64,000 nucleotides of DNA, taken from NCBI GenBank assembly GCA_021777565.1, contig JAJYDJ010000001.1, positions 160,142 to 224,141 of the forward strand, read 5' to 3'. This document shows positions 11,177 through 19,230 of the stretch, piece by piece (the first letter of the stretch is position 1; the number at the start of each line of letters is the position of its first letter). Source of the DNA: a bacterium (GTDB lineage Bacteria > Patescibacteriota > Microgenomatia > Levybacterales > UBA12049). A model generated the notes under the pieces. The model was not told the DNA's origin. It saw nothing but the letters and a program-made list of their open reading frames with translations, and did no database searches. A program made the translations under genes and the position numbers.

Positions 11177-12433
11177 TAGATATTGTGCGTACCAAACACC
11201 AAGCATCACGATATAGGCAATCAGGGTAGGGATGGTTGCGAACTTTATGTATTTGGACATGGTGAGTTCTTTTACTCCGCTCATGACGGCAATGCCTGCA
11301 GCACTGCCCAGAAGCAAGATTGAACCACCATTTCCTATGGTGAGCGCTAAAAGGACCCAGAGACTTTGATTAGGCAGCGTGACGAGTTTCATAGTGACGG
11401 CAGTAAGTGGAATGTTATCAAAGAATGCAAAAAGGACACCTACCAGTGCTGATCCCCAGACGACGTGCATGAACTCTTGGGTCGCCCCGAAGATCATGCG
11501 TGAAAGTGCCTCAAGAATACCAAGTGCATTAAGGGCATTGGCAGCAAGCAAGATACCTACATAAAAATTTACTGAGGCGATATCAAGTTGTTTAAAAATA
11601 TCTTCCATCACATCAACAGAGGATCCTTTTTGGGTAACATTCTCGTATTGGAGGAAGAGCCAGAGTATACCTAAGCCAAAGAGAAGACCGATATAGGGAG
11701 GCAGGCCAATATTGTTGGCAAGGACTGGAAGGAGGAAGCTCACGCTGGAACCAGCAATAACGAGCTTATCTTTTTTGCTCAAGATGGTGGGATTTTCTTC
11801 TTTTTTTGCAATGTGATCGGAAGGATCAAGTTGAAAGTACAAGATCCCACATGATACCAAAAGGAAGGCAACTGCAGGCAAAAATCCTTCACGGATCACC
11901 GTGAGAGCATCATATTTCCCAGCAATCCACAAAAGTACCGTCGTCACGTCTCCAATTGGAGAGAATGATCCTCCTGCATTGGCTCCAATGACGATAGCAG
12001 CTGCCGCAATAAGCATGTTTCTCCCTTTGAAAAAATGTCTGGCGACCTGGACCATAAGCAGTCCGACTGTCATGTTATCAAGCATGGCTGAGAGGAAGAA
12101 ACTTCCAAGACTTAAAAAGATAAACTGTTTGCGTACATCGATGGAGAGTTCAAGTAGTTTTTCTTTTAAGTATTCAAAAAAATGATGACGTGCCATCAGC
12201 TCAACCAGAGCCATGGATGCTAGAAGAAACATTAAAATACCAAAAATTTCATTACCCGTCTGTTGAAATGCTGCCTGAACATAGGCATGAGATTTTCCCA
12301 TAAGTACCACAATAAGCCACAGAGCACCTCCCAAAACAAGGGCAATGGCAGCCTTACTGGTTCGGAAAACACGTTCAAAAGAAATCAGAAAAAATGAAAA
12401 AACAAAAAGAATAACGGCAATAACTTCTGTCAT
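11162..12433 (-). CDS. ArsB/NhaD-superfamily ion transporter (NhaD-like Na+/H+ antiporter)
   Basis: 423 aa, about 12 TM helices, two-repeat architecture with Gly-rich re-entrant-like segments. Confidence 0.5.
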   Translation of the reverse strand: MTEVIAVILFVFSFFLISFERVFRTSKAAIALVLGGALWLIVVLMGKSHAYVQAAFQQTGNEIFGILMFLLASMALVELMARHHFFEYLKEKLLELSIDVRKQFIFLSLGSFFLSAMLDNMTVGLLMVQVARHFFKGRNMLIAAAAIVIGANAGGSFSPIGDVTTVLLWIAGKYDALTVIREGFLPAVAFLLVSCGILYFQLDPSDHIAKKEENPTILSKKDKLVIAGSSVSFLLPVLANNIGLPPYIGLLFGLGILWLFLQYENVTQKGSSVDVMEDIFKQLDIASVNFYVGILLAANALNALGILEALSRMIFGATQEFMHVVWGSALVGVLFAFFDNIPLTAVTMKLVTLPNQSLWVLLALTIGNGGSILLLGSAAGIAVMSGVKELTMSKYIKFATIPTLIAYIVMLGVWYAQYLLVLK

Positions 12434-12451
12434 ACGAGGTATTATAGCAGC

Positions 12452-13252
12452 TTAGAAAGGGTTAAGTTGTTTGAAAGCCAACAACCCAGAGTGGAGTTTA
12501 CTTTTAACCGATTTGACTCGTGGCTTGATCTTGATGGGTTTGAGATTCATTGGCTTGAGCTTCAAATGGGCCGGAAGATTCATGTGCTGCTGGACTGTTG
12601 TGATGTATCGATAGGGGTATTCAATGTAGGGCATCAATTTTTTCCATCGCCGAGGAGAGGAATCCACAATGAGTTTGGTATCGAACTTAATTTTGCCGTA
12701 TTTTGCCAGATGAATAGAAAGATCAATATCTTCATGAACGAGCCGATCATTCGTGCACACTTCATTTTTGATCTTTTGCCACGCTTCTTTCCTCATAGCG
12801 ATATTTGGACCAAACATCACATCGTGTCCAAGCATACTTTTCACAGAGAGAAGGACAACATTGGCCGGCCATTCCCTTAATCTTAAAATCTTTGGAATAT
12901 CATAAAACTGTGCTGGGCCTGAGAGTCCAATCACATCGGGGTGAGCGGTCATATATCGCTTGATATGCGCAATCCAGTTGGGTCGAAGACGCGTATCAGC
13001 ATCGGTTCGACAAATGAGATCCCCAGTCGCAGCATTAAAGCCAGCATTGCGTGAAAAAGATGCTCCTGGCGTTTTTTCCTTTACCACACGTACAGATGGA
13101 AATTCCTTAACGATCTCAACCGTTCGATCTGTGCAGTTATTATCAACCACGATTACCTCATCTGGCTGCTCTGTCTGAGCAAAAACACTCTCTAAACAGG
13201 CACGGATGTATTGTTCTTCATTCCAGGCGGGGATAGTAAGGGAGACTTTCAT
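12452..13252 (-). CDS. family 2 glycosyltransferase
   Basis: GT2 N-terminal motifs SLTIPAWNEEQYI, VIVVDNNCTDRT, RTDADTRL (DXD). Confidence 0.7.
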   Translation of the reverse strand: MKVSLTIPAWNEEQYIRACLESVFAQTEQPDEVIVVDNNCTDRTVEIVKEFPSVRVVKEKTPGASFSRNAGFNAATGDLICRTDADTRLRPNWIAHIKRYMTAHPDVIGLSGPAQFYDIPKILRLREWPANVVLLSVKSMLGHDVMFGPNIAMRKEAWQKIKNEVCTNDRLVHEDIDLSIHLAKYGKIKFDTKLIVDSSPRRWKKLMPYIEYPYRYITTVQQHMNLPAHLKLKPMNLKPIKIKPRVKSVKSKLHSGLLAFKQLNPF

Positions 13253-13276
13253 ACGCTCAAATATATTTTAGCACAT

Positions 13277-14140
13277 TTATTTGGCCAATATCTGCAGAAG
13301 GACCGATGGAAGCATCTCTTTAGGGGTTGCCAGAAGATAACTTGTCACAACAAGAAGAACAAGAATCAATGTAGGAAGTGGAAGAAGGAACATCCATGGA
13401 TTGGAGATGGTTATTGGTTTATTTGGGGCCACTCGTGCTGGTCCAGTCCCAAATTTGACCTCTTTGCCACGCCAAAGTGCGATTTGGTTGGCTATAGAAT
13501 AGCCAAAAACGAGTTTCATCATGCCAATATCGGTCATACGACGCATAGAAGTGTATATATACATATTGAGGTTATATTCTACTTTGCCAACTTTCTTCAA
13601 CTGAAAACACAGTTCCTGATCCTCTCCAAAGGTGCGAGTGGTATCAAATCCGCCAATTTTCTCAAAGGCGCTCTTGCGTACCGCGATATTTGGGAACAAA
13701 AAGCCTCGCTGGAGGAATTTTAATAAATACATCCATCCAACTGTTGCTGGATAATATAGGAAATTTTCCCACCAGTAGCTTTCCAGAGGGTAGAGCGGGC
13801 CCCCCACGGCGACAATGTCTGGCCGTTTTTCAAATGAGTCAGCCACGGTCTGAAGCCATGTCTTGGGGAGCACATAATCGGCATCGGCTCTGGCAATAAT
13901 ATCAGCTTTGGCGCCATAAAATCCTGCATTACATGCATGGGCATAGCCTTGTTTCTTCTCTTTGATCACCCTAGCCCCCATAGACTGAGCTATCTCAGAG
14001 GTTTTATCAGTACTGTTATTATCAACCACAATCACTTCATAGGGGCCTTTGTAGGTTTGCACTTTGAGTGATTCCAGCAGCTTCGGCAGGAATTTTTCTT
14101 CGTTGTAGGTAGGAATTACGACAGAAATGTGAGGTTTCAT
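13277..14140 (-). CDS. family 2 glycosyltransferase with C-terminal TM segment (polyprenol-phosphate sugar synthase-like architecture)
   Basis: VVIPTYNEEKFL, VIVVDNNSTDKT, ADADYVL, plus a C-terminal hydrophobic helix as in DPM1/ArnC/GtrB-type enzymes. Confidence 0.65.
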   Translation of the reverse strand: MKPHISVVIPTYNEEKFLPKLLESLKVQTYKGPYEVIVVDNNSTDKTSEIAQSMGARVIKEKKQGYAHACNAGFYGAKADIIARADADYVLPKTWLQTVADSFEKRPDIVAVGGPLYPLESYWWENFLYYPATVGWMYLLKFLQRGFLFPNIAVRKSAFEKIGGFDTTRTFGEDQELCFQLKKVGKVEYNLNMYIYTSMRRMTDIGMMKLVFGYSIANQIALWRGKEVKFGTGPARVAPNKPITISNPWMFLLPLPTLILVLLVVTSYLLATPKEMLPSVLLQILAK

Positions 14141-14216
14141 ACAAGTCTACTTCGGTCTTTCTAGTATATCAGGGGTTTTTGCCTGATGCAACGAACTTCC
14201 CACATAAGGCTGATTT

Positions 14217-14225
14217 TGTTATACT
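14217..14225 (+). promoter_or_regulatory. extended -10 promoter element upstream of tRNA-Cys
   Basis: TGtTATACT ending about 12 nt before the tRNA 5' end. Confidence 0.35.
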
Positions 14226-14237
14226 ACGTGTGTGTTT

Positions 14238-14309
14238 GGCGCGTTGGCGAAGTGGTAACGCAGGGGTCTGCAAAACCTCCATGCGCCGGTTCAATCCCGG
14301 CACGCGCCT
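14238..14309 (+). tRNA. tRNA-Cys(GCA)
   Basis: Manual cloverleaf: acceptor GGCGCGT/ACGCGCC, anticodon stem GGGGT/ACCTC, loop CTGCAAA (anticodon GCA), T-arm GCCGG-TTCAATC-CCGGC, discriminator U; no encoded CCA. Confidence 0.9.
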
Positions 14310-14352
14310 CAAACTCTTGGCTGAAAGGCACACTATTTGCTATAATGTGTCA

Positions 14353-14637
14353 ATGGGACGGATGGTGGAAAATGGAGCATATGCTCCACACCAAGAATTT
14401 GTGCAAACTGATGACGGATTTAGCGAATCCAAATTGAGGAAGCGAACAGAGACGGCACAGTCTCAAACAGATCCTCAGTTGGATGAACTCATCCTTCTGT
14501 CCCAAACGCTCACAAGTCTTTTGGAGCATTATCGATCACTACTTGTGACCGATCTGCACCAGGCAGCGAGAGTCCGAGAAGAAATCGCTCGTACTAAAGC
14601 ACGACTTGAAGAGCTATTTCAGACGATTGGAACATAA
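14353..14637 (+). CDS. hypothetical small helical protein (94 aa) between two tRNA genes
   Basis: ATG just after a TATAAT; coding-like, charged/helical composition. The upstream part of track ORF 14179-14637 overlaps the tRNA and is rejected. Confidence 0.3.
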   Translation: MGRMVENGAYAPHQEFVQTDDGFSESKLRKRTETAQSQTDPQLDELILLSQTLTSLLEHYRSLLVTDLHQAARVREEIARTKARLEELFQTIGT

Positions 14638-14640
14638 TGC

Positions 14641-14712
14641 GGGCGCATGGCTCAGTGGTAGAGCGCGTTCCTGATAAGAACGAGGTCCTTGGTCCGATCC
14701 CAAGTGCGCCCA
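14641..14712 (+). tRNA. tRNA-Ile(GAU)
   Basis: Acceptor GGGCGCA/TGCGCCC, D-arm GCTCAGTGGTAGAGC, anticodon loop CTGATAA (GAU), T-arm CTTGG-TCCGATC-CCAAG, discriminator A. Confidence 0.9.
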
Positions 14713-14760
14713 CCCGCAATACTTCATTTTGCCTCCAGGATTTTTGTTATAGAAGAAAAT

Positions 14761-15159
14761 TTACTGTATCTCTTCGAAGGTTCCATCCAAGTGGATGTAG
14801 TAGAGTGACACGTGCAAGTTAGGATATTTCTTCAGAACTGTCTCACGTGCTTTTCTCAAGTCTGTAGCGTGTCTTTCTGGAGTACTTTCCGGGCCGTATG
14901 CACCGCATTCCTCATGGTGTAACAAGACAACATCATGAATACTATGCAGTCTGACAGAGATATCAATTTGTCCGAGAATGGTGTCTAACTCTTTTGTACT
15001 TCCGGCAAAACCTACGTAGTCATAGGTTTTGTTTGGCATATTCTTCTCGATCCATTCATGAATATATTTCTGGAAACGGAAATCAATACAACTAACGATG
15101 ATAGCGTCGCAGGTATGTGCCATATGAGTTAGTGTAGTACTCATGAACATGTGATACAA
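14761..15159 (-). CDS. small beta-class carbonic anhydrase-like protein
   Basis: CIDFR (CxDxR) and HHEECGAYG (HxxCG) metal-ligand motifs with beta-CA-like spacing; unusually short, so uncertain. Confidence 0.35.
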   Translation of the reverse strand: MYHMFMSTTLTHMAHTCDAIIVSCIDFRFQKYIHEWIEKNMPNKTYDYVGFAGSTKELDTILGQIDISVRLHSIHDVVLLHHEECGAYGPESTPERHATDLRKARETVLKKYPNLHVSLYYIHLDGTFEEIQ

Positions 15160-15163
15160 GAGG

Positions 15164-16003
15164 TTATTTTGCGGATTGGGTCGCTGGTGCTGTGGTGACT
15201 ACAGGTTTTACAGAAGGCATAGGAGTAACGGTTGGCATGGTTAAGGGAATGGTTATCTGATTCTCAAGCTTGAGTACTGACTGAACAACACCTTTTGCGG
15301 TAACCAGGGATTTTGGCAGGATCTTGACGACTGTTGAACCACTTGCGGAGGCAGCTGGCAAAAGCTGCAGTTCGATAACGGTTCCTGCTCCTTTGACGGG
15401 AAGTTGTGTCGGAGTAATTCCTAGCGCATAGGTGAAATTACCGGTCTTCATATTCAGGTCTTTAAAGAGGACATCAGGATTGGCAAAGAAACTTGCAGGA
15501 GTTGCGGTGACACTTGAGAAGGCTGCTGGATCAAAGCTTAACTCTAACTGCACGGCTGTAACTTCGTTACCGCCACTATCAATGTGTACGTCAACAGTCC
15601 TCATTTTGCTTGAGCTGGTAGCTGGCTGCAGTTCAAGTGAGAGTACGGTCTGGGCTACTGGTGTGGGCGTTGGTTTTGGAGCGGTAGGCGTTTTTTTGAC
15701 ACTGCCAGGATATTGCGTGATAGCTAAATACAAAAGGAAGACAGTAATAAGTGCGAGCGCTGCAATAAAGAATGTTGTTCGTCGTGGGAGGGACATAAAT
15801 GATCCCGTTGGCTGTCCACCTACTGGTGGCATTTCTGGTGGCACAGGTGTTGCTGGAGGAGTCATTGGTGATGGCGCAGCAGAGGTCGAGGCCTCAGGGG
15901 TTGGAATAGCAGGCATTGTTGGAGTAGGGATAGGTGATCCACTTGGCGTAACTGGTGATGTATCCATATATCCATCATAAAGATTGTTTTGACATTGTGT
16001 CAA
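15164..16003 (-). CDS. membrane-anchored Pro-rich surface protein with cohesin-like domain
   Basis: Pro/Thr-rich N-terminus, one TM helix, then SGGNEVTAVQLELSFDPAAF...GAGTVIELQLLPAA resembling the cohesin-domain consensus. Confidence 0.4.
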   Translation of the reverse strand: MTQCQNNLYDGYMDTSPVTPSGSPIPTPTMPAIPTPEASTSAAPSPMTPPATPVPPEMPPVGGQPTGSFMSLPRRTTFFIAALALITVFLLYLAITQYPGSVKKTPTAPKPTPTPVAQTVLSLELQPATSSSKMRTVDVHIDSGGNEVTAVQLELSFDPAAFSSVTATPASFFANPDVLFKDLNMKTGNFTYALGITPTQLPVKGAGTVIELQLLPAASASGSTVVKILPKSLVTAKGVVQSVLKLENQITIPLTMPTVTPMPSVKPVVTTAPATQSAK

Positions 16004-16023
16004 TATGATATAAAATTGAGCTC

Positions 16024-16968
16024 ATGAAGGTTCGTCAATCTGTTTTTGATACATACTGGTACTTTGCTGCAGAGAGGCAGAACATTTTTTTTAATAGGCT
16101 GAATGGCCGTGAGCCCCTGACACAAGATCCAATTTTTCAAATGTACAAGTTCTGTAATAGCTATCGGGCCAGTGATAGAGTGTCTCAGTTTCTCATTCGT
16201 GAAGTCATATATAACAAGCAGTATTCAGAGGAAGACACCTTATTTCGTATCTTTCTCTTTCGGCTTTTGAATAAAAGTGAGACCTGGGGGCTTTTGGAAA
16301 AGGAATTAGGTGAGATTTCTTTGCGCACCTTTTCTCCTGATAGGTATGCCCGCGCCATTGAAAGTATCTATGCAAGGGGAGAGATAGTCTATGGCAATGC
16401 ATTTATCTTGTGTGCGACCAAAGCATTTGGATTTGATAAAAAACATGAAAATCATATGGCACTGATGAAATATGTTTTCCGCGACACGGACTTCTCCCAA
16501 AAACTCTTGCATGCCACCTCACTGCAACATCTGTTTGAGACACTTCGCTCACTTCCCTTGATAGGGGACTTTATGGCATATCAGATCGCGATTGACTTAA
16601 ATTACTCGGATGTCTTTAATTTTGATGAAAATGATTTCACTATTGCTGGTCCTGGTGCCAAACGTGGCATTGCAAAATGTTTTGAAGATACGAATGGCAA
16701 AGACAGCGCCTATGTGATCCAGTGGATGGTTGAAAATCAGGATAAAGAGTTTGCCCGTCTGGGGATCAATTTTCAATCTCTGTGGGGGAGAAAGTTACAT
16801 GCAATCGATTGTCAGGGACTTTTTTGTGAAACCGATAAATATTCACGAGTCAAATTCCCTGAGCTTAAAAGTAATAGAGTACGTATGAAGACAACCTTTT
16901 CTAGGCATAGCAGCCAAATATCATATTTTTACCCACCCAAATGGGGGATTAATGAAAAGATAGGATAA
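16024..16968 (+). CDS. conserved hypothetical protein (314 aa), possibly a nucleic-acid-acting enzyme
   Basis: Basic/aromatic N-terminus and a candidate helix-hairpin-helix-like GPGAKRGIAKCF element; no firm family assignment. Confidence 0.35.
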   Translation: MKVRQSVFDTYWYFAAERQNIFFNRLNGREPLTQDPIFQMYKFCNSYRASDRVSQFLIREVIYNKQYSEEDTLFRIFLFRLLNKSETWGLLEKELGEISLRTFSPDRYARAIESIYARGEIVYGNAFILCATKAFGFDKKHENHMALMKYVFRDTDFSQKLLHATSLQHLFETLRSLPLIGDFMAYQIAIDLNYSDVFNFDENDFTIAGPGAKRGIAKCFEDTNGKDSAYVIQWMVENQDKEFARLGINFQSLWGRKLHAIDCQGLFCETDKYSRVKFPELKSNRVRMKTTFSRHSSQISYFYPPKWGINEKIG

Positions 16969-17111
16969 GATTGCTATGATAGTGTTATGGTAGGTTTCTA
17001 TGCACGAATGGTACTGATTGGGGGACTCGCGGTCGTCGGGTTTATCATAAGTCTTTTATTCTCAAGTCACTTTGGATTTTGTGTCCCAATAGGTGGCGCG
17101 TGTGGATAACT

Positions 17112-17507
17112 ATGAAGCTTGAAACCAGTATCTATGAGTTTTTTACCGGCGTTTTTGAACTTGCGAAAGTCCCTCCTTCTCAACAACAAGATCTCATGGA
17201 TCAGCTCAGTAGTGCTTCTTTAGTATCAGCCGCTGCAGAGATGATAGGGCAACTGTCCCAGACTACCAACGCTAAAAAACAAGAGAAGAGCAAAGAGAAA
17301 CTTGACGAACTTGTGTCGACCTATGGCGAAGAGGCGGTTAAGATGGCTCTAGCCAGAGCACTACGTGCCAACACGACCATTACTCTGGTTGAATTTATGC
17401 AGGGTCTCAGTCCTGAAGAACAAGGAACAGTAACCACAGTAGTCAATGAGTTAAACATCCATGACGTGACCAATCTCCCCAAGAATTTTTTCTCACTTTT
17501 TGAGTAA
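17112..17507 (+). CDS. hypothetical helical protein (131 aa)
   Basis: Start placed at MKLETSIYEFF; the track ORF starts at 17079. Preceded by a possible 40-aa TM peptide ORF at 16987-17109. Confidence 0.35.
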   Translation: MKLETSIYEFFTGVFELAKVPPSQQQDLMDQLSSASLVSAAAEMIGQLSQTTNAKKQEKSKEKLDELVSTYGEEAVKMALARALRANTTITLVEFMQGLSPEEQGTVTTVVNELNIHDVTNLPKNFFSLFE

Positions 17508-17567
17508 TCAAACGGGGATACTATTTGATACATTGTCTCATGAAAAAAAACTCATTATGATAAAACC

Positions 17568-18896
17568 ATGCTTCAAAAGACTGATAAAGAAGTGTATGAT
17601 CTGATTCAAAAAGAAGAAGAACGTCAGCGTGACGGATTGGAAATGATCCCCTCAGAGAACTATACCAGCGCAGAAGTACGTGAATGCCTCGGCTCAATTC
17701 TTACGAATAAATATTCAGAAGGGTACCCAAAAAAGAGATATTACGGTGGAAATGAATTTATCGATGAAATCGAGATATTAGCGCAAAATCGAGCAAAAAA
17801 GTTGTTCGATGTTCCTCATGCCAATGTACAGCCATATTCTGGGAGTCCAGCGAATTTTGCGGTCTATGTGGCAGTGTGTGAACCAGGCGACAGCGTCATG
17901 GGACTCAATCTTCCTGATGGTGGCCATCTGACTCATGGGTGGAAAGCATCCGCAACCGCAAAGTTTTTTGACTCTCATCCCTACCATGTAAAGCCTGACG
18001 GTCATGTCGATATTGATGAAGCATGGAAGATCGCCAAAGAGTACAAACCCAAGCTTATTTGGGCTGGAGCCACTGCATATATGTATCAGTATGAATTTGA
18101 GAAGTTTGCCGAGATTGCAGATAGTGTTGGGGCTTACTTTGCTACAGATATAGCCCATGTTGCAGGATTGGTCGCTGCAGGCTCCCACCCAAGTCCAGTG
18201 CCTTATGCACATATCGTTACGACTACCACGCATAAGACACTTCGTGGTCCACGTGGTGGCATGATCATGGTGACTGAGAAAGGTCTTGCCAAGGATCCAG
18301 ACTTGGGTAAAAAAATTGACGCGGCTATTTTCCCTGGTATTCAGGGAGGTCCACACAATCATCAGACAGCAGCTATTGCCGTGGCACTTGAACAAGCGAT
18401 GACGCCTGCATTCAAAGAGTATGGCCAGCAGATAGTCACCAATGCGAAAGCCCTGGCAGAAGCCCTGAAAAAAGAAGGATTGACCTTGGTTGGCAATGGT
18501 ACGGAAAATCATCTGATTTTAATTAATCTTGTCCCCTTGATGGGACCTGGTGGAGGAGCACTTGCCGAGCATGCTTTGGGACTTATCAATATTACGATGA
18601 ATAAAAATACTATTCCTGCCGAACCAGCCTCACCTTTCTTCCCAAGTGGTCTCCGTCTAGGTACCCCGACACTGACTACCCGTGGCATGAAAGAGGATGA
18701 TATGGGTAAAGTCGCTCACTGGATAGCGGCAGCACTGCATGAGATTAAGGATTATCATATGCCTGAGGAGAAAGAAGCACGACCCAAATACGTCAAAGAA
18801 TTTAAAGAAAAGATTGAAGGGAATGCAAATCTTATGAAGCTCCGTCAGGAGGTTATTGCCTTTGCTCATGATTTCCCAGTAGAACCTACCCTCTGA
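17568..18896 (+). CDS. glyA: serine hydroxymethyltransferase
   Basis: SHMT motifs EMIPSENYTS, GSPANFAVY and the PLP-lysine region TTTTHKTLRGPRGG. Confidence 0.95.
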   Translation: MLQKTDKEVYDLIQKEEERQRDGLEMIPSENYTSAEVRECLGSILTNKYSEGYPKKRYYGGNEFIDEIEILAQNRAKKLFDVPHANVQPYSGSPANFAVYVAVCEPGDSVMGLNLPDGGHLTHGWKASATAKFFDSHPYHVKPDGHVDIDEAWKIAKEYKPKLIWAGATAYMYQYEFEKFAEIADSVGAYFATDIAHVAGLVAAGSHPSPVPYAHIVTTTTHKTLRGPRGGMIMVTEKGLAKDPDLGKKIDAAIFPGIQGGPHNHQTAAIAVALEQAMTPAFKEYGQQIVTNAKALAEALKKEGLTLVGNGTENHLILINLVPLMGPGGGALAEHALGLINITMNKNTIPAEPASPFFPSGLRLGTPTLTTRGMKEDDMGKVAHWIAAALHEIKDYHMPEEKEARPKYVKEFKEKIEGNANLMKLRQEVIAFAHDFPVEPTL

Positions 18897-18920
18897 TTTC
18901 TGGAATTTACCCCAACATTT

Positions 18921-18929
18921 TGGTACAAT
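18921..18929 (+). promoter_or_regulatory. extended -10 promoter element for tRNA-His
   Basis: TGgTACAAT ending about 11 nt before the tRNA 5' end. Confidence 0.35.
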
Positions 18930-18940
18930 AAGGCTATCTT

Positions 18941-19017
18941 GGTGGCTGTAGCTCAGTTGGTTAGAGCGTCAGTTTGTGGTACTGAATGTCGCGGGTCCGA
19001 ATCCCGTCAGCCACCCA
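18941..19017 (+). tRNA. tRNA-His(GUG) with genomically encoded G-1
   Basis: G-1 plus acceptor GTGGCTG/CAGCCAC, C73 pairing with G-1, anticodon loop TTGTGGT (GUG), T-loop TCCGAAT. Confidence 0.9.
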
Positions 19018-19097
19018 TAGAATCCTTTTTGTACCTACAACATCTCTCTTAGACGTCCCCATGCATTTCTGCAGATCGTCTTTATGTAGTTAGGGGG

Positions 19098-19127
19098 TTG
19101 CAAAAGAGTATTGTATGATGGCATACT
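19098..19127 (+). promoter_or_regulatory. candidate promoter for the metK leader
   Basis: TTGCAA (-35), 17-18-nt spacer, CATACT (-10), ending about 6 nt before riboswitch helix P1. Confidence 0.3.
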
Positions 19128-19132
19128 AACTA

Positions 19133-19216
19133 TGCATTCAGAGAGATAGGAGAGTATCGGCTCGTACCTATCCGGCAACCCTTCATAGCATGGGTGCCAA
19201 ACCGACATAGAATGTG
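19133..19216 (+). promoter_or_regulatory. SAM-I-clan (S-box-like) riboswitch in the metK 5' leader
   Basis: P1 TGCATTC...GAATGTG; conserved blocks AGAGAGATAGGAGAG (compare AAGAGAGGUGGAGGGA), CCGGCAACC (J3/4 GGCAACC) and GGGTGCCAA (compare UGGUGCCAA); located 15 nt upstream of the metK ATG. Confidence 0.5.
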
Positions 19217-19230
19217 ATTTTAGATAAACT

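Noticed and set aside
14179-14437. ORF-track proteins 14179-14637 and 14186-14437 on the + strand
   Set aside because: They run straight through tRNA-Cys. Only the part downstream of the tRNA (14353-14637) is kept, as a low-confidence small ORF.
17778-18512. Long antisense ORFs inside glyA, dnaX (36062-36522), uvrA (58163-58792), atpD (52036-52527) and DnaB (3961-4649)
   Set aside because: They overlap strongly supported conserved genes on the opposite strand and have biased, non-protein-like composition.
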